Source: a virus
Length of the DNA stretch: 64,000 nt
Strand: one strand, 5' to 3'
Virus record (IMG/VR): IMGVR_UViG_3300005253_000050
Span: 1-64,000 of that record
Below, one piece after another: positions 20,275 to 30,143 of the stretch (positions within the stretch are counted from its first letter, which is position 1; each line of letters begins with the position of its first letter). The notes below the pieces were generated by a model. That model had not been told where the DNA came from and did not search any database. It saw only the letters and a program-made list of their open reading frames with translations. A program made the position numbers and the translations under genes.

Positions 20275-20859
20275 ATGTCACTAATTCTGGCTCTAGTTTT
20301 GTCCACCTCGTTGACCGGCGCGCCGTGCACCCCGACCCTGAAAAATGATAAGGCCACGAAGCTGGCCGCCCTCATCGTCAAGACCAGCCCTCGCGCCAAG
20401 CCGTATTCCCTGCGGCTTGCTCGGGCAATCATCCGGGAGGCCAAGCGGCACCGCATCCCGGTGGACGTGCTCGCCGCCGTCGGCTGGGCTGAGAGCTGGT
20501 ACAGGTCCCACCTGTTCGGAGCCGACGGCGAGGTCGGGCTGTGGCAGCTCGTCCCGCGCCTGGATTATCACCGCGAGTCCTGGGACGAATACACCCAGCT
20601 GACTCACGGCAAGACCGGATTTCCGAACCTCATTTGGGAGCGGATGCCGAAACTACAAAGGGCGCTCGCGCTGGCAGACCTCGACGTGGGGACGTACATG
20701 GCTGCGCACCTACTCGCGTACCATCTGCGCCGTTGTGGACGTCCCAGTCCGCGCTGCGCAGCGAGATACAACAGCGGGTTTGCTCCAGTCCGCCCGGGCT
20801 ACAGGAACGCAATCAAACGATATTCAAGGCGAATTCGCCGGGCCTTGGCTGCTCCATGA
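20275..20859 (+). CDS. lytic transglycosylase (SLT) with signal peptide
   Basis: VLAAVGWAES (catalytic E), GEVGLWQL, ARYNSG. Confidence 0.82.
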   Translation: MSLILALVLSTSLTGAPCTPTLKNDKATKLAALIVKTSPRAKPYSLRLARAIIREAKRHRIPVDVLAAVGWAESWYRSHLFGADGEVGLWQLVPRLDYHRESWDEYTQLTHGKTGFPNLIWERMPKLQRALALADLDVGTYMAAHLLAYHLRRCGRPSPRCAARYNSGFAPVRPGYRNAIKRYSRRIRRALAAP

Positions 20860-21090
20860 CCTCCCTCCTGGGCGACGACGACAGCCCTCGCCCCCCGACG
20901 CACACCCCGATTCCCCTCTCGAGCGACCACCGCATCGACGAGCTCGCCGATGAGCTGGCCGAGTGCCGCCCCGACCTCACCGCCGAGCAGCGACACATGC
21001 TCGCCCGCCAGATCGCCTATCGCTGCAGGTCCTTCCGCCGCGGCCACGCGACGCTTGCAAAACAATAACGTCTGTGCTAAAACCCACAGA

Positions 21091-21417
21091 ATGGTAGCCA
21101 AGAAAAAGAGCCCATCCCTCCCCGTGATGGCCAGCCTGAAGCGCGCGTTCAAGGTCCGCTGCCAGGCGCACAACATCTATATGTCGGAGGCGCTCGTTGG
21201 GCTGATAGACGGTTGGCTCCGGAACGAATACCAGGTGGTCCTGCCAGCCGACCCGCGGCCGCAGAACATCTACGTTCCGGTCGATGCCTGGGAAAAGCTC
21301 CGGCATGCCTGCAGCCCTGAGGGCCGCAACGTCCCTCGGCGAGCCGTGCTCGAGGCGCTGATCACCGGGTGGATCGAGGGCCGCTTTGTGTGGCCCCCAC
21401 GGGGTGTCGACGAATGA
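21091..21417 (+). CDS. tandem RHH-like DNA-binding protein
   Basis: Two similar halves ending LIDGWL and LITGWI; TTGCAA-like promoter upstream. Confidence 0.55.
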   Translation: MVAKKKSPSLPVMASLKRAFKVRCQAHNIYMSEALVGLIDGWLRNEYQVVLPADPRPQNIYVPVDAWEKLRHACSPEGRNVPRRAVLEALITGWIEGRFVWPPRGVDE

Positions 21418-21743
21418 AATTAGAAGACGTCGTGTGCCCCTGCGGCGAGCCGGTGGAGCCGGTCCAGGATGACCTCGGGGTATTTCTCCGGTGCCGCGCA
21501 CGCTGCCCATTGGTCAGCGCCACCCCCGCCCCGAACGTCATGGCCGCCATCGAAGAGTGGCAGGCCGCGCTTCCCATTCCATCCATCGAGACCGCCCTCG
21601 AAGCCTACGCCTACAACAGCGCTAGTGCCCTGGCGTACGCCCAGACTCCACCGGAGCTGGTCGCCCTCGCGCCGCTGGCCCAGGTGCTGATTTCCTTCCT
21701 GCAGTTCCAATCCCACCGTCCCGCGGGAGACGACTCCAAGTAG
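21414..21743 (+). CDS. Cys-rich hypothetical protein, weakly Lar-like
   Basis: CPCG...C..C...AAIEEW. Confidence 0.45.
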   Translation: MKLEDVVCPCGEPVEPVQDDLGVFLRCRARCPLVSATPAPNVMAAIEEWQAALPIPSIETALEAYAYNSASALAYAQTPPELVALAPLAQVLISFLQFQSHRPAGDDSK

Positions 21744-21949
21744 TCACCCAACAGTCTCCCGCGGGACGGCCTTCCTTTTTCCTTGCATCCTTGGCACATC
21801 TCTGTTACTTATCCAACAGACGATTTGACCATGCTGACTCACGGAGGACCCAACGCACACGCACGCTTTTCACCCGCGCCGACTTCGGGCGCTGCTGAAG
21901 GCCACCACCAAGGTGAGTGATACTCGCGTTCGCTAGATCGGCCCAGCCA

Positions 21950-22925
21950 ATGAAACACTACGTCATCCTGCACCGCCAGTCCGCGAGCAACACCACCGTG
22001 ATCGGGGTGTTCCACGAGCCATCCGAGCCCATCTCATTGGTCCGGGTCGCCGCGGTTGCTGAGTGCACAAACCCTGAATGCTACGAGGAAAAAGTCGCGG
22101 CCGGCAAGGAAGTCTTCCGGGCCACCTACGGGATCGAGGGCGAGTGCTTTCTCGTAGAGAAGATTCCGTCCCGGTTGTATGTGCCGTTTGAAGGTGCGAC
22201 GGCGCCCGCCCCCAAGTCACCAGCGAAGCTCCGGGTGTGGTTGTCCGAGGCCCTCGAGGGCCTCCTCGGAAAAGACTGGGAGCTCGTCGACGCGATGACC
22301 GAGCGTGACCACATCGTCCGTGAAGCCGAGGGCTCGCCGTTCCTCGGGAAGTTCCCCGGGCCAAACCTATTCTTTTCTCTGCACCTGAGAATGACCGAGG
22401 CGGCCCGGGCGTTGCTCAACGTCACCGACGACGACCGCGCGCGCGTGCGCGCGTCATTAAAGGATCAGGGCTGATGCGGATTACCCACGAGCAGGCCCAA
22501 CAGATTTACGAGGACATGCATCCGATCGCATGGGAGGAACTCGGCAGGCTCCACGTTCGCGCCCCCCTCGGGCTCACGCTCAACGGCCACGCGACGGCGA
22601 CGCTGGTACACCTGAAGCTCGCCGAGCCGATCGGCCGGCAGAACCTCGAGCACACCATCACCGAGCTGGGCGCTGCCATCTGGGAGAACCATCGGCCGCC
22701 CTCATACCACAGGAGGCAGCGTTGAGACAGGGATCGAAGCACCGGAGGGCGGCGCGGGTGAAGCGCAGGAAGAAGCAGCTGGCGCAGCTGGTGGGGGCGG
22801 ACGTCGCCCTCTCCATATTCTGGGGAGACATCACGGCTGCCGACGGGGTCAAAGGCTTGGCCCCCGCGGACCGCGCCCGGGCACTGGTGCTGGTGGAGCA
22901 GCTGCAGGCGGAGACCAGCCGATGA
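21950..22925 (+). CDS. three hypothetical genes (21950-22474, 22474-22725, ~22722-22925)
   Basis: Coupled ORFs. Confidence 0.55.
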
Positions 22926-23061
22926 TCCCCGGCGGCATGGTCTTCAACAACACCCCCGGCGTCGAGCCGCCCCAGCCTAAGGCGTCGAGGCTTCTCACCC
23001 TGCTGGTGGTGGTGCCCTGGGCCGTCGCCGCCGCGCTGATCGTGAGGTATATGTGAAAAAC

Positions 23062-23134
23062 GGGCCCATAGCTCAACTGGCAGAGCGCCGGACTCATAAT
23101 CCGTTGGCTGCAGGATCGTACCCTGCTGGGCCCA
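23062..23134 (+). tRNA. tRNA with CAT anticodon, probably Ile2 (lysidine type); non-canonical T-loop; no encoded CCA
   Basis: Cloverleaf GGGCCCA/TGGGCCC, D-stem GCTC/GAGC, loop CT-CAT-AA, T-stem GCAGG/CCTGC; C4-G69 and C5-G68 favour Ile2 over Met. Confidence 0.85.
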
Positions 23135-23213
23135 TGCCGGGCACCTTGATCCGAGACGACCGCAGGGCGGCAATCGGTGCCAGGTGTCACCGCCCTGCAC
23201 AAAGGAAACGAAG

Positions 23214-23606
23214 ATGAACGGGATAGCAAAGGTGATCGTGGTCGGCAACCTCGGGCGGCGGCCAGCACTTCGGCACACGACCAGCGGCAAGGCGGTTGGT
23301 GACTTCTCGGTCGCCGTGAATTCTGGCCGCGACGACGATCCCACAGAGTGGATCAAGGTGGTGGTCTGGGAGAAGACCGCCGAGGCCTGCGAGAAGTACC
23401 TCGACAAGGGCTCGCAGGTCTACGTCGAGGGCCGGTGGCACACCAATAAGTGGACCGACAAAGATGGCAACGAGCGGAGCATGGCCGAGGTCATCGCGCA
23501 CAAGGTCCTCTTCATTGGCAAGCCGGGTGCTGGTGCCCAGGGCGGGGGGGAGCGCCCAGCCGAGGGGCAGGGCGACAGCACCGGCGACGATCCCATACCG
23601 TTCTGA
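23214..23606 (+). CDS. ssb: single-stranded DNA-binding protein
   Basis: VGNLG, TEWIKVVVW, KGSQVYVEG, acidic tail DDPIPF. Confidence 0.95.
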   Translation: MNGIAKVIVVGNLGRRPALRHTTSGKAVGDFSVAVNSGRDDDPTEWIKVVVWEKTAEACEKYLDKGSQVYVEGRWHTNKWTDKDGNERSMAEVIAHKVLFIGKPGAGAQGGGERPAEGQGDSTGDDPIPF

Positions 23607-23743
23607 GATAAGACCATGGAATTATACTGGCTTCTATTAATCTGCGGTTGCACCATCGCCCTCACCGGCGGCGTGGTCATCGGGTATCTGATCGGTCGCC
23701 GCCGAGGCGCCGTCTACTACTGGTGGCGACGGAGGACAGGTCC

Positions 23744-24214
23744 ATGAACGGATACGGAATTCAGCTCAGCCCGGCCGAGTTCGCCGGGCTGGACCCGCAA
23801 CCCCTGCGCGAGATACGCCGAACCCTCGATCCCCAGCCCGAGCTCAGCGACGGCGTCTGGTATTGGCGAGGGACCTTCTTCGACTGGGAGGCGTTCAACG
23901 TGGGCAACAGCACCATGCGCTGCCCCTTCGCCGAGCCCGGCCGCCTGCTGCGGGTGCTCGAGGAGTGGTGGGCCGACGACGAGAATGGTTGCTACTACAA
24001 AGCAGGCGATTTCCCAGGCACCTGGTGGGAGCGCGTCGACCTGCGATGTATGGAGACTCCTGGCGGCATGGAGCTCGCCGTTGATGGTGAGTGGAACCCA
24101 CCCGAGACGATGCCGCCCTGGGCGTCGCGGTATGTGCTGAAAATCATTAGCGTCGGGATCGAGTTGCACGATGGAGAGTGGAGCTGGGTCATCGAAGTCA
24201 GGAGCGAGGGATGA
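23744..24214 (+). CDS. second, divergent ASCH/PUA-like phage protein
   Basis: CPFAEPGRLLRVLEEW...WNPPETMPPWASRYVLKI parallels 12506-13225. Confidence 0.6.
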   Translation: MNGYGIQLSPAEFAGLDPQPLREIRRTLDPQPELSDGVWYWRGTFFDWEAFNVGNSTMRCPFAEPGRLLRVLEEWWADDENGCYYKAGDFPGTWWERVDLRCMETPGGMELAVDGEWNPPETMPPWASRYVLKIISVGIELHDGEWSWVIEVRSEG

Positions 24215-24995
24215 AGACGACGGAGAAACTGAGGGGCGAGGCCTACGTCGCGCATGAGTTAGAGATGGCGATCCGGCGCGAGAGGAGCTTCTGGCAGCTG
24301 GTCGTGATCCTCATGACAGTCTTCGGGGTCGTGGGGGGCGGGCTCGGGGTTAGGTGCGGGCTGGACCAGACCCCGAACGCCACGCTCATCTCGGACGCTG
24401 TCATGGTGCCCAAGCTCAAGGCCGAGATGGAACAACTGCGCGGCGAATGCGCGCTCCCGGTTATCGCCGCCCTGTGTCCGGCCGACCCGCTCGGCAGACA
24501 CTGCGCGGTTTCCTGGCAGACGATCCGGGCCTCGACGAATTCCCCCTGGACGTTTGTCGGTTGCGACGACGGCCAGCGATGGCGGGTCCACTGGGTCACG
24601 ATGGACCAGGTCAACCCGGAGGATCCCGCACCATGAGCAACCACAAACCCAAGGAGCAGGCCCGGTGTAGCTGCGGCGCCAAGACGGAGTGGATCTGGGA
24701 GCCCGTGTGTGAGTGCTGGGAGGATGCGCTGTGCGGGCCCTGCGGTGAGCAACTTCGAATGCAGTCCGAGTCGGAGCCGGGCGGAAAGCTCACCAAGGAG
24801 AACTCGGAGAAGTTCATTGAGCTGGTCGTCGAGCAGGCCTCGGCCTGCCACGGGGTCCACATCACAATCTTCCGCTGGCCGTTCCCGTGGCTGAAGCCCT
24901 GGAGCTGGCCGGCCTGGCTGGTGTGGCGCTGGCACCGTGGAAGGAAGACGGAGCGGTTCATGGTCCCGACGTTCGGCCCGAAAGAGAAGCCGTGA
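24211..24995 (+). CDS. two hypothetical genes (24211-24636 with a TM helix; 24633-24995)
   Basis: ATGA coupling. Confidence 0.55.
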
Positions 24996-25404
24996 TCGAG
25001 TGTCCCCAATGCCACTCACCGCTGAAGCGGACTGCCGCGGGCGCGAAGACCGGCGGCCGGGTTTGTATCAACCCCGACTGCGAGCACGTCGTCCGGGTAG
25101 GACCAGCCTGCTGGGACTGCGGCCAGCACACCAGCCCGGTGGTCCGGCCCAACAGAGCCGCCTGGCCTGCGCCGCGGCCCGCCGCCGGGTGGCCGAGGAG
25201 TTCCGGATGGACGAGGACGAGCTGGTGCTGCCAGTCCTGTCGATTCGCTGCTGCGAGCTCGTGGTGGACCTGCCGGACGAGTACTTGGCTGCGTTCGGGT
25301 CCTTCATGCCCCCGCGGATCACGCTCGAGGACGCGATGAAGTACATCGAGCTGCCCAATATCAACGTGTCCATATGGAACGAGGAGCCCGACGATGGCGT
25401 ATGA
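24992..25404 (+). pseudogene. probable frameshifted Zn-ribbon gene
   Basis: Cys-rich N-terminus in one frame, protein-like C-terminus in another; switch near 25140-25180. Confidence 0.4.
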
Positions 25405-25861
25405 CGCACCGAAGAACCCCGACCCCGTCGAGTGGAAGGGCAACCTCGACACCCTCAAGGGCATCGCTGCCTTCGCCCGGGACCGCGCGAAGAGGGCCGA
25501 GTGTGGGGTCGCCAGCGGCTGGATCTCGATGCAGCTCCTGCAGCTCGAGCACCGCATCCTCGCCTGCGACGAGGCGCTCACCGGACTCATAGGCCGCAAG
25601 GTTCTGGACGTCATCTTCGACCAGGCCCGCATCGCTTACGAGATCAGCCAGGAGAGAAACGCGGCGCGGGAGCAGCTGGCGGTGCACGGCCGCGCCTTCA
25701 AGCTCATCCTCGAGCGCGTCCAGCGGCTCGCCGAAGAGACGAACGAGCGCGACTCCCTCAACACCGCCGTCATCATCGAGCACATCATCGAGGCCACCGA
25801 TGGAGACGAAGGCGCCATCGCCTCCATCCGAGTGCTCGGGATCGAGTGGCCTGAGTCCTAA
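25394..25861 (+). CDS. hypothetical protein
   Basis: GAGGAG RBS; phage-like codon use. Confidence 0.65.
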   Translation: MAYDAPKNPDPVEWKGNLDTLKGIAAFARDRAKRAECGVASGWISMQLLQLEHRILACDEALTGLIGRKVLDVIFDQARIAYEISQERNAAREQLAVHGRAFKLILERVQRLAEETNERDSLNTAVIIEHIIEATDGDEGAIASIRVLGIEWPES

Positions 25862-25929
25862 TGCTCTGGGCCATTTACCTATTTTTCGTTGACCTCGCGG
25901 ACCGCAGTCGAGCCAACTGCATCCCTTGG

Positions 25930-26183
25930 TCGACATCCCCCGCCCGGGAAGGAGGAGAACTATCGGTGCCTCCGGACGGGCACCTCCATCACTGCCAGCT
26001 CTGGCGGCTGGTAATTCCTACATGACCGCGGCACGCAGCGTGCGCCAGTGCCCGGGTGGCAACCGGGCGGCAAGACAAAAGGTTCAGGCGCCCCGCCCCC
26101 AGGGAAACCTGCTGTGAACAAGCACCGGGGCGGGGCGCGTTTGGGCCGAGTGGTTTCGGCGGGTTCGATTCCCGGACGGCCCA
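25930..26183 (+). ncRNA. candidate structured ncRNA with tRNA-like 3' module
   Basis: Gene-free interval with several stems, including a perfect 12-bp stem (26088-26099/26127-26138), a GAAA tetraloop and CGGG-TTCGATT-CCCG. Confidence 0.45.
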
Positions 26184-26202
26184 TAGAGAAGGAGGAAATA
26201 CC

Positions 26203-28422
26203 ATGGATGAACCCAAGCCCCAGGCCGAGACGGTGGAGCAGATCGTGCAGGACATGAAGGGTGCTGCATGGGCCGCCGGGCTGGTGCCGGACGCTTTGCT
26301 CAAGGCATCGCTGGAGGCGTTCGTGGACCGCCTCGAGGCCAGCAGGGTGGCGAACTCGCTGCCCGAGAAGGTCTGGGTGAAGTGCTCCGGCGGCCTGCCT
26401 TACGCTGTGTACGTGCCTGGGTCAGACGCCCACCTCAAGGCGTCGGCGGACGAAGACCGCTTCGGGGTGGCCCACCTGGTCACCCTCCACGGGGCCGCCA
26501 AGGCAAGCACACCCCAGCAGGAGGAGGACGATGTCTGAGACATCTCGCCGCCCCCGCATCGGCCGGCCACCTGGGGTGAGGAAGCCAGTGCTCAAGCGCC
26601 ACTGGATCCCCGGCAACCCGTACTGCCCGAAGTGCTGGCGCGGGCTCAACGCCAACAATCGCAGCGGGCTGTGCTATGGCTGCGCGCCCCATCACCCCGT
26701 GCTCCCGACGAAGAAGTGCTTCGAGGCCCGCGGCCACCGCTGGCGGACCATCAGAAATACCAAGGGCTACTGGGCTAAGGCGTGCATCCACTGCGAGATC
26801 GAACGGCCGTTCACCGATGCGGAAATTGCAGTGCAAAATCAAGGAGGTTCGTGATGGCTGAGACCACGAGAGAAGAGCTGGGCGTAGTGATTCGGTCCCA
26901 CCTCGAGATGCTTCGCAGCGACAGAACCACGGCAATCGCACTCGAAGACGTCGTCGCCGTGGCCAGGTGCAATGCGAAGATCCAAGTCCTCGAGGATGTC
27001 AGCGCCGAGGCCAGCGGCGCGGACGCCGATCCCCTGATGGTGATGGCCTACGGCGCCCCGCCCATCGACGAGCGCGTGGACGAGCGGTACAAGATCGCCG
27101 GGTGGCTCCGCGGTTTCGATGCCCTCGCCCGGGCGGCCCGACGCACGGTGTCGGTGGTCACTGTCGAGGAGGTGCTGACCGCCATCGCCGCCGCCATTGA
27201 GGCGGGCGAGTACAAAAAGATGGGCCTGAAATACGAGGACACGAAATGACCCTGCCCGACGGCAAGATCAAATCCAACTGCCCGGCCTGCCTCGAGCCCG
27301 ACGTGCTGTCGCTCTCGAATTGGCCGCGAGGCTACTGCACCATCCGCTGCCGATGTGGTCTCGTCGTGAGCGTCCCCGCCGGCCCCAACCCAGCGCAGTC
27401 GGTCGCCCTCGAAATCATCGGGGCCAACGAGCTGGGAGAGAAGCAGGAAGGCGACCAGCGCCTCATCGTCCACGAGGGAGAAGCCCTGGACGTGATACCT
27501 GCAGATGAAAGGGAAATTCCATGAACAGCGCAGATATTGAAGCCGCCCGGCGGATCGTCGACAGGATGAGCGAGGTGGCTGAGGAGAGCCTGGGCGGGGG
27601 CCCTTACACCCCTCCGGCGCTTATCAAAGACTGGGCAGACAGGCTGATGCATATTTTGGGGCGGCGGGCACCGGCCATCACTGCCTTCCTGGATACCCCG
27701 GACGAAGAGGCTCGGAAGATGACCGCACCACGCGACCCATCGCTGGTCGCGCGCAACGCCGAGCGCGCCGCCCATCCGCTTGTGCAGCGGCTCACTGCCC
27801 GCCGCAAGCGGGCGATCACCGCCATGCTGACAGCGTTGGGCGGCGTAATAAAGCGCGCCGCCGAGCACGCGGCGGTGGCCGACGACATGATGCACCTCTG
27901 GCCGACCTCGTTTTTCAAGGTCGCGGCGCAGCAGGGAGTCACGATCGACACGCGGATCCACTTCTCACGGGCCTGGGACCCGGCCTGCTTCGAGCTGAAC
28001 GCCGGGTTGAAGTGCCAGATGACACTCGACCGAGAAGACTTCGCCGGCTGCGAACCGCTGCCGCTCGGGGTTGAGTTGCGGAACGACATCCCGTCGGAGG
28101 AACCATGACGCTGAAAAAATGTCCCCGGCCGGAGTGCAACGGAGAAGGAACTGGCGAGGCCTGGCCTGATTCCTACGTCAGTTGCACCAACCAGATCTGC
28201 TGGTTCTACCACAACGAGTCACCCCGCTCGGTCTGGCAGGCGCTGCTGCGCACACCCGAGCCAGGCATCAGCCGAGAGGACATCGACGGGGAGGACGTCT
28301 TCACCGTCGGTACCTGCAGGTTGGTTGGGTGTGGTGGGTCGCGCGCGATGCGGGGTGACTCCGGCGTTTCGCATTGCGTGGAGTGCGGCGACTCGTATTA
28401 CCCCGAGAGCAAAGCGAAATGA
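26203..28422 (+). CDS. array of six small hypothetical genes (26203-26538, 26531-26854, 26854-27249, 27246-27524, 27521-28108, 28105-28422)
   Basis: Coupled ORFs with RBSs; several CxxC motifs. Confidence 0.6.
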
Positions 28423-28967
28423 CCACCGAGGAGTACATCGACCTGAAGCAGCGCGTCGGCGAGGCGGGCTACTGGCACGAGATTGACTGGTCGGAGAACC
28501 TGCAGCGGTGCCAGGCCCCGTGCCATTTCATCCGGGACTACATCTTCGTGGTGTGCAACTCCGGCATGAAGGCCCAGATAGCTCGGGTCATCTTCAACAA
28601 GGTCATGCAGGCCGTGACGCGCGGCTACTCGGCCAGCCTGGAGTTTGGTCACCCAGGCAAGTCCGCCGCCATCGACCGCGCCCTCGTCGAGGGGACCGAG
28701 TGGTTCGACTTCTACCAGACGCTTGGAACGGACGGCCTGCGATTGCAGTACCTCGAGTCCCTCCCGTGGATAGGCCCCATCACCAAATGGCACCTGGCCA
28801 AGAACCTCGGGATGGACTGCGCCAAGCCCGACCGCCACCTCGTACGCATCGCCGGCAGCGCCGAGCTCGCCCATGAACTCTGCCGCAGCCTGTCCGAGGC
28901 CACTGGCGACCGAATACCCACGGTCGACCTCGTCATCTGGCGGGCCGCCAATCTCGGGTGGATGTGA
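28419..28967 (+). CDS. HhH-GPD DNA glycosylase-like protein
   Basis: LESLPWIGPITKWHLAKNLG (HhH) followed by KPDRHL (conserved Asp). Confidence 0.7.
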   Translation: MTTEEYIDLKQRVGEAGYWHEIDWSENLQRCQAPCHFIRDYIFVVCNSGMKAQIARVIFNKVMQAVTRGYSASLEFGHPGKSAAIDRALVEGTEWFDFYQTLGTDGLRLQYLESLPWIGPITKWHLAKNLGMDCAKPDRHLVRIAGSAELAHELCRSLSEATGDRIPTVDLVIWRAANLGWM

Positions 28968-29189
28968 TGACATCCTTCGGCGTCGCCAAAAAGATAGGGC
29001 CCAACCGGTATCGGGTCGTCCACTCGAAGCCAAAGGAACAGCACCACACCGGAACGCCCTGTGGATTCTGCGGCAACGGCCGGCGCTCCGACGCCCGCGG
29101 TCTGCTCTGCTCTCGCTGCCGACTCTACGCCAAGCCGAAGGCGTGGGAAAAGAAACAACGCGCCCGCAAAGGGTGAGGGGAGATTCAGG

Positions 29190-30143
29190 ATGACCACAGA
29201 CAAAACCATCGACATCCAAGACGCCTGGAGGCAGGCACTCGAACACCACGAGCGGCTCGTGCTTGAGGTACCCCGGGGTCACGGGGCCACCACGTTCCTG
29301 CTGGAAACACTGAAGTACCACCGAGGTTACCGCCGGCTATTGATGCCAACCGAGGCCAAAACAGAGAATGCTCGGCGGCGGGGTTTGTCCCACGGGGGCG
29401 TCGAGTGCATCACCACCGCTCCACCCGAAGGAATGCGGCGCCTCAACCTCCTCATGGTCGACCAGCCCGTGTATTTCTCCGACCCGTCCAGGCCCCCGGG
29501 CCTCTCGGCAGTCAAGGATGGTTGGGCGTGCTGGGCCGAGACCAACCCCACCCCCCAGCAAGTGGTCGTCATGGCTACGGTGACCCAATTAAATAGGGCC
29601 GCCCTCGCCGAACTCTTCCCGCCGGAGATATACCACCGCATTCGCTTCGCCTACACCGAGGATCTTGAGGGACTGATTCAGGATGACGGGCGGGTCGCTC
29701 CGTTCACGTCGGAGCTGTGGACGGAAGAGAAGCTCGCCAAGCGCCGGGAGGAATTGGGCGCGCGGATATTTGGCCGCGCCTTCCATGTGATCGGCACCAA
29801 GGATGTTCGCCTCTGCGAGCAATGCAAGCGTGAGCTCGAGCCCGTCCATGTGGCCACAGAACTCAAAGTTGACACCGCGGTGCTCTACGCTGACAACCTC
29901 TGGGCCATCGACGCCATGGTCGGGGACATGACCAGAGCGTGGGTGTGCCGGAGCACCCACGGTGAACCCATCCCCGTCGACAATACTTTGGAGGCGCTGG
30001 AGGAGTGGATGGCGGCAAACCTTGAGGCGACGACGTGGCTCGGGACTCGGCCGGAGAGGATACCACCTGTCTATCCGGGCGGAGTGAAGCGGGTCAATGC
30101 CGCCTTGGATCGGTTGAAGATTGCGGCGAAGGGAGAGGGCTGA
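29190..30143 (+). CDS. degenerate terminase large-subunit ATPase paralogue
   Basis: RLVLEVPRGHGATT vs TerL RLLIIAPRSHGKTS; WTEEKLAKRREELGARIFGRAF vs WTTRKLQRRRRELGPRKFARGF. Confidence 0.7.
   Translation: MTTDKTIDIQDAWRQALEHHERLVLEVPRGHGATTFLLETLKYHRGYRRLLMPTEAKTENARRRGLSHGGVECITTAPPEGMRRLNLLMVDQPVYFSDPSRPPGLSAVKDGWACWAETNPTPQQVVVMATVTQLNRAALAELFPPEIYHRIRFAYTEDLEGLIQDDGRVAPFTSELWTEEKLAKRREELGARIFGRAFHVIGTKDVRLCEQCKRELEPVHVATELKVDTAVLYADNLWAIDAMVGDMTRAWVCRSTHGEPIPVDNTLEALEEWMAANLEATTWLGTRPERIPPVYPGGVKRVNAALDRLKIAAKGEG

Noticed and set aside
25862-26190. tmRNA or tRNA-Sec call for the structured region
   Set aside because: No G3-U70 alanine acceptor or recognisable tag reading frame, and no UCA anticodon arm
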